Below, piece by piece: positions 43,226 through 59,403 of a stretch of DNA of 64,000 nt. A model generated the notes under the pieces. The model worked only from the letters and a program-made list of their open reading frames with translations, was not told the origin of the DNA and did no database searches. Origin of the DNA: the human T2T-CHM13v2.0 reference genome, Homo sapiens; NCBI RefSeq assembly GCF_009914755.1, contig NC_060928.1; one strand, given 5' to 3'. Positions within the stretch are counted from its first letter, which is position 1. Each line of letters opens with the position of its first letter. The translations under genes were made by a program, and so were the position numbers.

Positions 43226-45461
43226 AAAAGAGTCTATTCTAATTTATAACTTCAGTATTATATTTGATATTAATATTATATTTGATATATAATTCTCCAT
43301 TACTGGAAACAAAAAGTTGTAAGTATTCCATAATCTAAAGTTAGTCACTGAGCAACTGACTACATTCTTTCCCTTCCCCTATTGCTGGCCAGCTCTGAAG
43401 TGGCCAGCTCTCTCCACCCTGAAATCAGTCCAATCTTTTATTCCCCTTCTCAGAGGTGTAGGGAAGATTACAAGTGATTCTTGTGAAGTACTCTCTCGGC
43501 TTGGATTTGCAATCTTCCCCACAGGCTGAATCATTCTTTCAAGGCTTCTTACTGATGATGGTCATATAAATGGAGAAAGGAGAATGGAGGTTGATATGCT
43601 GGCTGGTGGCCGTAAAGGAGGAAGTTATTTGTGGCTTTCTGTAGATTGTAGAATAATTAGAAAATGTTGTCTCCAGTTCATGGCCTTAGTTTCCAAATTC
43701 AGAGGACTCAGCATCCTATTATATTAGTAAAAGATTCATTCATTCAGAAAACAACGATGGTGGAAATGGCCAACTTGTAAGACATTGAATTCTGACCAAC
43801 TGCCTTGGAATTTCCTTGGAAGTCTACATTTTTAAAAGAATGAATGGGGAAATGAAAGACTTATTCAAAACAGATTTTCTCAGTTCTTAAAATTTCTAAA
43901 AAGAAACCTATTTGTATGGCAGATCCCCACTAATTTTCATGACACATAGTAGTCTAGGTTATGTCCCCATTTTGTAAATGTAATTTGTGCACTATTAGAT
44001 GTCTCTTTAGCTTTAATTTCTGCATATTTTGAATAATATGCATGCTTGCCCTACTAATATAAATATTACACTGTTTTTAGGATTAAAAAAAAACCAAGAT
44101 GGATATTTAATTGTTTAATAAACTGCAAAATGCTAACATGGCATAGTGGTGTTTTCTTTTTTGGTTCTATTTATTTCAAAACTTATTTGTGTATAAAAAT
44201 GACTCTGCAAAGAAGAAGAGTAGGCTTTGGAAATAATTTAAAAAATCACCCCACCTCTATCTTTTTCCTCTCAGAAGAACTGAAAACAGAATCAACGATA
44301 ACTGATCACTGAGACCCTGAATGGGAGGGGAGCAGAATCCTTTGTCATGCCCTCAAGCAGCCAGATATAAAGAGGGTGGGGGAGAGCCACTAGGCTTCAA
44401 GCTGGAACTGAGCTTTCATCAGGTAGATTTTCCAAGGAGGGTAGTGATTCAGAATAACAAGCTTGTATTTGGTCAGTACTGGGTCTGTTCCTCACTCATA
44501 TATAGTGTGGTCTTGATCAAGTTGCTAATGTGTAAATGTGCATAATAATACCACGGCATTGGGTGGATAAAAAACCATGTAATATATAAGCATGCAACAT
44601 TACCTCATACTATTACACCTTATTAGCTCTAGTTGTGTGTTAGCATTATTTGAAGGGCTCTCCATGTATGGTATCATTTATATAGTTGTAAGTGCTTTTC
44701 ATATCTTACTTACATTGTGGGTTTACATGTGCTATATACTTTTTAAGCTTAATGGTAGTTAGCAGTAAGAAAAGCTAGCAAAAGCAAAATTTGTCCAGTT
44801 TTTCTTAAAACTTCAGTGCTTTCAACCACAAAGTTGGAAAGCATGGCAACATTGGGGAAGTCGGCAGAGGGCCGGAAGAGCTGTCGACCACGGAATGAGG
44901 GTTTTCTCCCGGCTGCATAATTACTGGCATCTGTAAGCACAGCCTTTTGTGTGGGTTCCCTTGGACACAAGCTGCATTACTATTTAAGTGATCCTTTTTC
45001 AGTACTATTCTACTGGACACGAAGTGTGTTCATTTCACTCTCAATATCCAGTTTCAAGGCTGAAGAACCGCACACTCATGGCGAGAATGAAAGATCTATT
45101 TATTTTCTCTGAACAGATTATATAAGAATGCTTCTTGACAGACTTCTTTTTGATCTTATAATATGATAAAGCTTGAAAAGATATTAGATGTAACTGAACC
45201 TATATTTTTCAGTGTTCTGCAGAATCTAAATATATGTTGTAAGAAGATAAAGAGATTTCCTTGGGGGATAAAATTTGGGAAATGTTGGGATTTAGAAATT
45301 AAACAAGTTTCTTCACTAAAAACAGTTTAAAAAAACTGTAGTACTCTAATGTGCTCACTAAACCTCCAAGAAAGATATAGAGAATATAGTGTGTGTCTAT
45401 TTTCCTAGGAACACTTTCATGGAGCTTCTCCTGAGGATACTACTCCATGGAACATACATTA

Positions 45462-47433
<1,972 letters not shown>

Positions 47434-49222
47434 ACAATGAGATCACATGGACACAGGAAGGGGAATATCACACTCTGGGGACTGTGGTGGGGTCGGGGGA
47501 GGGGGGAGGGTTAGCATTGGGAGATATATCTAATGCTAGATGACACGTTAGTGGGTGCAGCGCACCAGCATGGCACATGTATACATATGTAACTAACCTG
47601 CACAATGTGCACATGTACCCTAAAACTTAGAGTATAATAATAAAAAAAAAACATTAAAAAAAAAAAAAAAAAAAAAAAAGAAATAGTGATCCAAGTCTAC
47701 CACCCTTATTATTCAGATAAGGAAACTGTGGCCCAGAAAGATGACCCTGGAGTCCTAATGTGAAGTCTGCATGAAAATCGTCCCCCCCAATTTTCCCTTC
47801 ACCCACACTATATCAAAATAAACCTCAAAGTGTCCTGCTTGAAACATAACTGACAGCTTCAACTTCAGTAGTTGGGCCGTTTCATGTGATGACCTTTTAA
47901 ACTGATCATAATCTCTTATGCCCCCAATTTTCCTGTGAATTATCTTTTCACAGTTTTGAGAAAATCACATTTCAATGTTTTTGTTTAATGTTTTATCTCC
48001 AAACTCAGTATAGATTCTATCTACTCTGTAGCTAGATGTCTTTTATTTATTTCTAAATTCATCCATCTGGCACCCTGCCATAAAATTCATTTGTAAAAGT
48101 CCTCTATAAATCTAAGAAATAGAATCTCTCTTTACTGTCATTTGGTTTGGTTTAGTTTAGTCAAATCAAAGATTAATGACTGGGGATGGGGGGAATGGAG
48201 TAGATCTCAACCAAGGGATGCAGTTGTGCTTGAAGAGAGTATTTGGTCTGAATTAGCAGTCTCCATTATATATAGCTTACCACAGCCCCCCATTACTTTT
48301 GGTGTCCAAGAGATCGGTTTGCCTCTGTCTCTGGGAATGATGCATATTCAGTACAGTCTCTCTTTGTTTTTGTGTATTTGTCATACTCTTGTCTTTGAGA
48401 GTGTAAGACTAATGGACAAATGGAGAAACAAATTTTACATATAATTTATATAAAAATTGATATCATCTCTCTGACACTGTGTCTCTAAATACTATCCAAA
48501 TTATTCTCATACTAAAATTATATCAAATATTATTAATCTATGGAGAGTTCTCTCAGAAGGAGAAAGATCCTTAAGCCCCAGAGACTTCTTGGAACTTTGC
48601 ATCATAAGCCATGTGTATAAGTACCATATTCTCTTGCAAACCTCTTTCTGTTTTTTTCTTTTTAAATTTTTTATTGCAGATATCACAGTATCTTTAGAGG
48701 AACATATATAAGTGACTTGGACAATATTTCTAGGTTATGTTAAATCTGCTGCATCTTTACATCCCAGGAAGAGTTTTCCAACATTATCCTCTGATTACCA
48801 TCCAATTTGTTGATTTAACAGTTCTACCATCCTTTCCTCATTCAAGTTCTTAATTTTACTTTTATTTGCTCTCATAGCTTCCACCTCCTTCTTATTATCT
48901 TATCCTACTATCTTAACTTATCTTTCTTGGATTCTAGAGCCGATGGTCATTTGGAGGCCTTTTGAGCCCATGCAACCTAAGTTTAATAAATAGAGGCAAC
49001 TTATAAAGTTCTGTTTGTTTAGAACAGAGACGCTCTTTTATTTAACTGTATGACCACATAAGACATCTTAATGTCATACTAAGGTGTACTTAGTACAATA
49101 TGAATTAATTGTATTAAGCTATGAAATCTTAAACATTTGTGGAAGAGGTAAAATTGGACAAGTACATACACTGTATAAATAGATACATGGCAAATTTTGT
49201 TTTCTAACTTCTTGATTTGGAT

Positions 49223-49432
49223 CAGTGGTCCCAGCTGGTAGTGAATTTACTCACTAGAAGAGATGTGACGACGCTTAGAGATGTTTTAGGTTGTCACAAG
49301 TTGGGGAGGCTACTGGCACCTAGCAGGAGAGGCTGGGGATGCTGCTAAACATTCTACAAGGATGTAGGAGAGGCTCCTTACGACAGATTGTCCAGACCAA
49401 AATGTCAATAGTGCCACTGTTGAGACACTCTG
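49223..49432. mobile_element. MER20 hAT-Charlie DNA transposon
   Basis: cagtggt...ggttgtcacaa...gatgctgctaaacat...aaaatgtcaatagtgcc...ctg; degenerate 8-bp TSD atttggat/atttaggt. Confidence 0.88.
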
Positions 49433-51138
49433 ATTTAGGTAGTGAGAGTGTATTGTAAGTGCTCTGCCTATAGCAGAACACTTGGTACACATTATTTTGT
49501 AAAATGTATTTAGCAGACTAATGGGCAGCCATGGAAGACTAGCTTGGCTCACAAAGCACTTGAATCTTAGTATCAAATAAAGTAGAACTGAAGTGTTTAA
49601 GATTATGTTACATAATAGCAAAGGTCAGTGGAAAGAAAGTAATCTTTCATTTGCTTCCTTTTTATTTATGTTTTCTTATGTAGTCTTTGGTCTTTGACGT
49701 TCCCTACTTTCTTCAGAATAAGATGATTCTGCTTTTTGTCTATGATTCATTTGTTCTTAGACATTATTTTTTACTTAAAAATAGGTCCAAACCTTCCAAC
49801 CTCAAACCAATTGTATTGGCATGTCTCTCCAATGCCTTTAGATAATTCATGGTACAGACAGTATATTTTCTTTTAAAGACTTAAATCCCAAGTTATAAAA
49901 TCCCTATAAATGAATGTTTTCATTGTGGTGGGAAAATGTCATATTTAAAAATTGTTTAATAGGCTGCCACTGTCAAATAATAACATTTAGACACTCAGCC
50001 AAGATATTGGTGTTGATGCTAATTCGCTTCTGCTTTTTATAGCTCATGCATGACTCTCACACGCTTAATAGTTTAGTTGTATGCTGTAAACCTTCAAGGG
50101 AAGCAGTTCTTGGAAACAACATGATATTATGAGTCTGTTACAGTTATTAAGCTATGGCAGCTAGAGTGGAAATGAATACAACAAAAACAATTTATATAGG
50201 AATATGTTTCTCAGTGGATCAGTTTCAGTATTGCTCCCTGTGGCTTCATCAAGTTTATCCTATAGGCCAATATTTCAGCCATTGTCCATATGAACATAAA
50301 TAACACAGTGATGACAGGACTTTTATTTCCTTCAGGTTTAGGTTTGCTATAACTGCATAACTAAAACTTACCTGACAGTAAATAATGTTCTAAGAGAATT
50401 ACGGAAGGCTAATATTAGAAACCATTATCTCCAGATCATTCTCATTCCTTACTCTCTTCTTCTGGTGCTGTCACTCTGACCTTCAGATGACTTTGCAGTG
50501 CTCTCACACCCTGTCTGGAGTGTACCAAGGCTTCAGGAATTTACAGGGAATTATCGAAGCTATTGATGTCTCATACAGACAGCTGTCCTTTCTATTCACT
50601 TTCCCAGTAGTTGCCCAGTTACTTTCTAAATCTTCACCCTTTTTTCCACTGTGCAAATTCCTGAGTGTTTGTGAGATATAAACAACCTCTTCCCTATAGA
50701 GGACAGAAGGCCCTGGACACTTGGACTTTTTTTTAACCTGAATAGAATTTAATTTAATTTACTCTTTTATAGAAGTATAATTTTACAACATATATCTGCA
50801 TTGATTTTGGTGTGGTTTGGAGCATGAGCATGGTGAAAAGGGGTGAGTTAAGGGGTGGTGATAACAGGGGCTTGTAACTTTTCAACAACAGCTGAGTGAA
50901 GCAGCATTCATGGATGGAAAAGTAAAGCATGTTTATTTTGTGATATTTTTTCTTACATGAGGAAAGAGAAAAAAAGTGACAAAAAGCTAGAAAAATATTA
51001 ACTTCACTAAATAAACTCATTCTGAAGTTACTTAACATCTGCTCCACAAATATAACGCTAACAATGCACCCCTTCTACACTGTATGATAAGCAGTAATAA
51101 ATAAGAGAAAATTCTTATCTAATGGGATTGGATTCTAA

Positions 51139-51224
51139 TAGGAGTGGCTCCTTACAACAGATTGTCCAGACCAAAATGTCAATAGTGCCACTGTTGAGAA
51201 ATTCTGATTTAGGTAATGAGAGTG
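51139..51224 (+). repeat. Dispersed direct copy of 49365-49450
   Basis: 86 bp, 5 mismatches, no gaps. Confidence 0.95.
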
Positions 51225-51439
51225 ACTTAGCCAACTCTAGTAATTGCTATAAAAGACATATCTGTTTTAAAATTTTAATTTTCACTGTAAGCATAAAATG
51301 TATTATTATTCACCAATATTTTGATATAGGATAATTTTTTCTAAGTAGGGACTTCTTCTGTTTCATCCTTTCTGAATAATAATGATAAAAATACAAACTA
51401 TATTCTTTTTGCCATGGGTCACAAAACTTGCTAGTAATT

Positions 51440-52555
51440 GTTAAATCTTGTCCCTCAGCAAAACTCCAAGATGTATCCAGAACTCAACCGTTTCTCACCA
51501 CTTCATCTCTACCACTTTAGTCCACTAACTAGCTTCCTGGCCTTCACCTTGGACCTTTCTTTTCTACCCAGTGGCCAAGGTGATTCTTTAAAAGGAGGTC
51601 AGATCTGGCCACTCTGCTCAAATTTCTAATGACTTTTACTTCTTGCAAAATAATACCGAAATTCCTTCTGGTGTTCTGCCAAGTTGTGTGTGATCTGGGC
51701 TTCTGTCTGGCTCTCTGACCTCACTTCCTCCCACTCCCCTCTGCCCTGCTCTCCAGCCTCACTGGCCTCCCTGGCCCAGCGACATGGTTTTGCTATGTCC
51801 CCACCCAAATCTCATCTTGAATTGTAGTTCCCATAATCCCCATGTGTCATGGGAGGAAACTAGTGGGAGGTAATTGAATCATGGAGGCAGTTACCTTCAT
51901 GTTGTTCTCCTGATAGTGAGTGAGTTCTCACTAGATCTGGTGGTTTTATAAGGGACTTTTCCGCCTTTTGCTTAGCATTTCTCCTTGCTTCTGCCATGTG
52001 AAGAAGGGTGTGTTTGCTTCCCTTTCCACCCTGTTTGTAAGTTTTCTGAGGCCTTCCCAGCCATGCTGAACTGTGACTCAATTAAACCTCTTTCCTTCAT
52101 AATTTACCCAGTCTCGGGTGTGTCTTTATTAGCAGTATAAGAACGGACTAATATACCCAGCAAGCCCTCAGCCCAGGCACTCTGCACACACCGTCCCCTT
52201 GGTGTGGGAAGCTCTTCCCTAACAGAGACACATGATTAGTTTCCCTCTTTTTGGTGTTTGCTGAGATGCAATTTTCTCAGTAGGCCTTTACTGAGCACCC
52301 TTTGTGAACAGCACATCCTTCCAATCTATCTTTATTGGTTGACACTGATTTTTACCTCATTACCAAATATATTGTATATTTATACATTCATGGTCTGTCT
52401 CCCCTACTTAGATGTAAGCTTCCTGAGGGCTAGAATTTTGATGGCCTTGTTTGTTGCTGATTATCAGGACTTATGTCCCGACAATATTGAAGTGCACAAT
52501 AAATATTTGCTAAATGATCAAACTCCTGGATGAATGAATGAATGAATGAATGAAT
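51440..52555 (+). mobile_element. L2 3' fragment, split by THE1C
   Basis: ctctctgacctca...ctccagcc...actggcctcc; gatgtaagcttcctgagggc; aataaatatttg; (TGAA)n tail. Confidence 0.8.
51780..52155 (+). mobile_element. THE1C-like MaLR solo LTR
   Basis: THE1 body; 5-bp TSD cccag (51775-51779, 52156-52160). Confidence 0.9.
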
Positions 52556-53037
52556 TCATCATCTAAGACTTCCAATGTTTTTCTAAAGTACAGAAAAAAC
52601 TTGAAAACAGTAGAAAAGCAATCTGAAAGAAAATGGACTCCTTGTAGATTTGTATAAACCCCCATTCCAATTTTTTGTGGTTGTCTTGGCTGCACTTGTT
52701 TTTCAACAATTTTGTTACAGTTCACATGAACGCTTTCGGGAATTGTTGGTAAACAGTGCCTCGTTGGGTAGAAGTAGTAACGCACAGGCATAACAAAGAC
52801 AGGTGAAGCACAAGCATTCAGTACATCTTAATAATATTATGTATACTACATTTTCTCACATATAAATCTGTGTATATATCATGGATATGAACTGGGATCA
52901 GATATATGAACATTAAATGTTCATTAGCTTAAGTGATTATATTATGAGTAATTGCTTTTTGTTTTTTCTTTGTGCTTACAACATTTCTTCCCATAATAAA
53001 TACAGTTAGAAAAAAGGATAAAAATGACATTTTTTCT

Positions 53038-53327
<290 letters not shown>

Positions 53328-54060
53328 CTATACATTTCCCTAAAGATATTTACCTTCAAATACCCTAACAAAGACACTTTGTTAGCATGAATATTTCATT
53401 AGCTTTTGCTCTGTTTTCTTTTGAGAAAACTTAATAATACTGGCAGAATATGAGAAGTTGGAGGAAGATATATTTTATTCATGTTAAGATTGCAAACTTT
53501 CATTTAAAAATTAAAATTATGCTGGAAAACCTGATTTTCACTATAGTTTACTCATAATTAGCTGGTGTTATGATGTGAAAATAGAATCTTTAAATTCACA
53601 CATATATAAGTTGTATTATCAATAAGAAACAACTAAGGCTGAAGCAAAGAAGAAAGAGACACAAGTAAAATAAAATATAAAGGTATCACAAGTAAAACAA
53701 ACAAACTAACAAAGAAATGTATCATTAGGAAAGTCAGGGTTGGTGCTAAATAAACATGAAAGCCTGATTTCAGGGAATTCTGAAAGAGAGACCATCACGA
53801 AAAAAAGAGGGGCTTTGGCCTTATGATAAACATTGGGACTGACCATCAGAAGTGAGCGAGGTATGAGTTAGAATCATAACTATTGCTGGGATTCCTCCTT
53901 ACCAAGCCCCCTTGTGACTCATGCATATTAGAATAAACAGAACTATAAGGATTGGATATAGTTTCTATATCAATTCTATACTATGGAATAGACATGGACA
54001 TGTGAGATGCCACTGGGTGGAGACATGAGACAAAGGTTCCTGCAAGAATGGTCTTTGTCA

Positions 54061-54559
54061 ACACATGCACACGTATGTTCATGATAGCACTATTCACAAT
54101 AGCAAAGACATGAAATCAACCCAACTGTCCATCAATGGTAGACTGGATAAACAAAATGTGGTACATATACACCATGGAATACTATGCAGCCAAAAAAGAA
54201 TGAGATCATGTCCTTCGCAGCAATGGATGGATCTGGAAGACATTATCCTAAGCAAACTAACACAGGAACAGGAAACCAAACACTACATGTTCTCATTTGT
54301 AAGTGGGAGCTAAACACTGAGTACATATGGACACAAAAAAACTGAACAACAGACAACAGGGCCTACTTGAGGGTGGAGGGTAGGAGGACAGTGAGGATCA
54401 AAAAACTACCTATCGGGTACTATGCTGGTTACCTGGGTGGCAATGTAATGTGAAACCCAAACCTCCACGACATGTAATTTACCTACATAACCAACCTGCA
54501 TGGGTATCCCTCAACATAAAATAAAAGTTGAAAATAATGGAAAAAAAAGAAAAAAAAAA
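54061..54559 (+). mobile_element. 5'-truncated old L1PA (PA15/16-like) 3' end
   Basis: ORF2 end, 3'UTR and A-tail; TSD ggtctttgtca (54050-54060, 54560-54570). Confidence 0.9.
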
Positions 54560-54869
54560 GGTCTTTGTCATCTGGTACTAATGGACTCAAGCAGAGCTTC
54601 ACTAAAGGTTTCCAGTATGCTGCCCACCATTTGGTCCAAATGAAGACAGTTGAGCTTACTAAACAGTAGAGTTGACTGTGGCATCTGGCTAATGAATATT
54701 TTTCTATAAAAAAAGATAGACAGATTTGCAAATAGGAACAATACTGCACATTCTGGGGGCATGGTAAACATTGCTCACCTTAGGAACAAAACCCTGCTTT
54801 CAATTAATTCCTTCATAGGCGGAACATATCCTTTTACAAAGGTTTAGTATAGCAGTACAGTTACCACTA

Positions 54870-55100
54870 CTATTAATATATTTTAAATAGTTAGTATAAA
54901 CCAGATACTATTTTATTATTTTATATATTATTCATTTACCAGTCCAATGAGTTAGGTATCATTATTTTTCCCATTTTGCAGACAAAGAAACTGAGCCTCA
55001 GAGCTTTTGAGTGATTCATTCCAAGACCCAGAGCAAGCAAAAAGTGGGGCAGAGATCCAAACCCAGGTAGCCCTGATCCAGAGCTCATGCCTTCAGACCA
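54870..55100 (-). mobile_element. MIR SINE
   Basis: cccattttgcagacaaagaaactgagcctcagag. Confidence 0.8.
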
Positions 55101-55149
55101 TCCCATATGACCCTGCAATATTATAGGCAATATGCAATATTATGTTATT

Positions 55150-55355
55150 TGAATTAACCAGCTGGGGTTCACATGTTGGCTTAGACTTTTACTGTGTAAT
55201 CAAACAAGCTACTTAACCCTTCTGATCTTTGTTTTCTTAAACAATGTCAAATTGAAAAAAAACTATTTCCTTCATAGAATTTGGAAGGGATTAAATAAAA
55301 TAATATTTAAAGTGCTTAGAAGAGTCCTTGACATATAATTAGCATTTAGTAAATC
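55150..55355 (+). mobile_element. MIR SINE
   Basis: caagctacttaaccctt...gattaaataaaataat...aaagtgcttagaagagtcc. Confidence 0.65.
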
Positions 55356-56444
55356 TCTCTCTCTCTCTCTTTCTCTTGCACAAGCACCCATACTAGATTG
55401 ATATCAGCATTTGACTTTCGGCATGATATTGAGTAGGTATCTCAGTTAGATCACTTTTATAATCCCTTCTGATATTAAAATGATATGACAACACACTCTA
55501 TCATTTCTGTTTTTATATGATGTTCCCCTTTCTTCTTCATGAGATCAATTTCATTTAAGTCTTTCCAGTTCCCTTGAAATATTTTTATCTGAAGCCATGG
55601 AATTTATTCCTCTTTTCGTTTTGTATGTTGTTTTATTTTACATTTTGAAATATATTTTTTAAAAATTTTCATGCAATGTATACTTTTTACTTTAAAGCAT
55701 TTTCATATAAGTAGACTTGTATTCTAAAATAAATGTTAAGCTTCTTACGTTGTGACCATATGCTGGTCTGCTCTTATACTTTTCATTTTACTAAAAATAC
55801 TATTTCATTCTGGGCTCACAGATGTCATTCAAAAAATATTCATGAAAATTGATAATTTTGACAAAAAGAAATATTTTTTGTAGACTAGAGATTCTCATAC
55901 CCCATGGCTCTTAGAAATAAAGACAAAGAAAAATATAATTAGAAGGAAACCATAACCATAACTTTAAATAATTTTTCTTTCTCTTTGAATTCAAAAACAG
56001 TAATTAAAAATGTTGAAGATGATTAAGTCATTTGCTTTGTTTGAACTACTCCATTGAAGATTATGTTCAAAAGGCTATTAATACATGTTCATTAAAATTA
56101 TTTCCCCTGGGTTATGTTGGTAACATAATGTAAAACATACAGGGATTCCTGTCACAACTAATGCGTTAATTAAGAAATAAATGTACTTTTATGACTTATG
56201 CCTTTTTGAGTTAATTAGATAGTAAATCATTCCCTAATGAGTGATTCTTAGAGTGTAGTAGCTATCAGATTAAATTAAAATTTCAATTGGCACACTGATT
56301 TCAATTTAAATAAGATATCTAATGGGAGCCACCTTCAGTAATCTTTTTGTGATCTTTTATGAATATTTTCCTACATGTGGATGATTCATATAAACTTTAG
56401 TGTTAGTGCAAGCTGAAGCGCTTGTCACTTTTTCTTTAAAGTAA

Positions 56445-56715
56445 ACTTAGTAACTCAGGAATGACGAATCAAATACTGTATGTTCTCACTTATAAGAGGG
56501 AGCTAAGCTATGGGTACGCAGAGGCGTGCAGAGTAATACAATGGACCATGGGGACTCAGAAGGTTGGGAGGGCGATGAATAAAAAACTACATATTGGGTA
56601 CAATGTACAGTAGTCAGGTGATATCCGGACTAAAATTTCAAACTTCACCACTATACAATTCATCAATGTAACCAAAAACCACTTGTACTCCAAAAACTTT
56701 TGAAAGGAAAAAAAA
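56445..56715 (+). mobile_element. L1PB 3' end fragment
   Basis: gtaactcaggaatg...gagctaagctatgggtacgca...catattgggtacaatgtac...gtaaccaaaaaccacttgtac. Confidence 0.85.
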
Positions 56716-59403
56716 ATTCTGTAAAGTACTTCACTTAGGTGATATGGAAATAATACACGTGTGGCTTGAAATAGATTTTTCAGCACACTGATTTAGTAGG
56801 GAAAAGCTATATAGAAAAAAAGCAAATGACTTTGAATTTATCAAGATTTAATTCGGATTTTAAAAATTACGTTTACTCATCTCTAAGCTATTAAAAAGCA
56901 GTACGTTACAGGTATTTTTCATGTATATTATTTTTAAAAATATCTTTTAAGATAGACAACAGATTCTTATTACTCTTCCTTAGTTGTAGGATTATTCAGA
57001 AGCTCTTGAGTAATTTATTACTTTCATATTTTGTATTTATTTTGTTAATTATTTCTTGTAATAACTCTTTTCTACAATTGTAATTATAGAAGTGTGAGTT
57101 TTGCTTAGCAAAGTCACGAAAGCATTATTTCTATTCCTCTTTCTACCATTTTTGTTTTTGAATACAAAATTATAAATTCTAAACCATCATTTTAAATCAA
57201 TCTCTTTCTTCACCTTTCTTCATTTTAACTTTCAGGCCATGTTTCATATTGAAAGTTGAAATGTTCCTTTGCTTTAAGCAATTTAAGAAGAATAAACTTT
57301 CTTTTCTTTTCTTTTTTTTCCTATCATAGTCATTTATTTTTAAAGGCAAGAAGCCAAAAACACATTTAGAAGTCTAATCATCAAACTTACAAATAAAGCT
57401 TCATTTGAAAAATGTATGTTTTATTATGTAGTAATAATTCAATTCACCTTCAATATATAAAAATGAACAAAAACCAATACATATTAATATAATATGTTTT
57501 AATTTATTTTTATGTTAGCACCAGAGCTTTAATGGAATATGAAAAGCCATCTTGTCTGTAAAAACTTGTGAAATCATTTTCTCTCTGCTTAATTTATAAG
57601 TGGCTTAGGAAAACCAATTTCATTGGAGAGTAGTCTTAAGTTTCAAGGTTTTATTGACCTACTGTGTGCTACCTAGTCTGCTAAAATTCAGAGAAACTCT
57701 TGTGATTTTACATGGACAGAAATGACACATGTGAAGCAATAAAGATTTTAAAAAGTATTCTGAGAAATTTCAAGAACAAGTCATATTTCAATGTTAAAAA
57801 AAAACCAAAATCCTTTTTTATCTTTCAAACCCCAAAGGAATCATCGCCCTCCTGTTGCGACGCATATATGTCTTTGACAATACACAAGAATGTCACTCTC
57901 TCCCTCTTCCTTCTCTCTCCCCTACAGTTCTCTTTTGCTACCAATTTTCTACACAATTTGGTAGGGGACTGATGTATGAGGAAGAAACAATAATGCCCTT
58001 TGACTTTCTGTTAGGAAAAGACTTCTCACCCCATGCACAAGAAATAGGAAGAATGATCAAAACACAGACTGCCTCTTCATACTAAGACTTCTCTATCTCC
58101 CTTTTTCAGACCAAGCCCTATTCAAAAAACACTTTGAAATAAGAATAGCATTTGGCCAAAGAAGTATAGTTCTTATGTCATAAGTGTCCAGTCAACCACA
58201 GTGCCACTGAAAAAGGAAAATGGCTACTTTTGCACCCCCCGTGGAGAAATAACCCTGGGAAAGGAACAGCAACTTCTGACTACCCACTCTTCAGTGCTTG
58301 GGCAGCACTCCATCATGGTGTTTTCAGAATGTAGACAATCTTCCAAAATATAACAATGCAGACCCTAAACAATTTCCTAGAGAAGTCAGGACCTCAGGCA
58401 GGCAGGCAGGCAGACTGGCAGATCTCTCAAAGAAGAATCTCCCTTTGGAAAGGAAAAAAGCCTGCTTTATCTTTACTCACACACCTTTCTCCTTGCATGT
58501 GAAACTTGCTGAAGGGGAACGTGATTTTATTTTCAACCATCTATCCATGCCAACTCTCTTATTCAACTTCTTGGTCTCATATCCATATTCAAGCAACCCT
58601 CTCTAACAATGATGCTGTCAGCTTGCTCTACATCCTTTCTCAAAGTTATTACAGGTCAAGCTTGAATTCCTCTTTTGAACTTTGTAATTCTCAAACAGTC
58701 ATCTGGATTGTTTCTGAGCAATAGCTAGAACTTGTTTGATCCATCTTCCTCAGCCTTTATTAATCCAATTCCTAAGTTGTCTATTTTTTCACTTTAGCCC
58801 TGTTCATTGAGGATCACTCTTGTTTAAACAGTTTATTTTTCTCCCATTAATATCAATAATAATTCAGCTGGAGGAAAGCAAAAATGATTAGCTACTTTTA
58901 TACTCAGGCCTTTTGATTCTGTACATAAATGGACCTATAAATAGCCACCTATTTTATAAAATATTATTTTGAGGAAGAATACTATTGGGAGATTGCTTTT
59001 GGAAACCATCATTTTCAGTCTTTTCTATTTGTTTCCCAGCACCACAGATACTTGGAGATGGAAACAGGGATTATTTGAAATAGTTTCACTTGAACCTAGA
59101 AAGTGCAAATCACTCAAAATCCTGCTCTTGCTGTAGAGTAAGGACAAAAAACTGTTTGAAGGGCTACGAGGGAAGGATAGAGATTCCTGGGCACTAGAGG
59201 AGGCATTAAACTTAAGAAAAAGATAAATCATGTCCATCTCCAATAAGAAGTCCTTTGTAGTCCTGAGATGGCTTAAGGGTGCTATCTCTTGGTCAGAGAC
59301 TTTTCTACTGTAGCTATTTCTCCATGAGCATAGGTCAAGGCAGAGATTTTCATTTCTAATTTCAATTCCACAAACAAAGAACAAACATGACATGCTAACA
59401 GCA

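Noticed and set aside
47489-47510. G-quadruplex-like run
   Set aside because: Standard L1 3'UTR G-tract, already well described.
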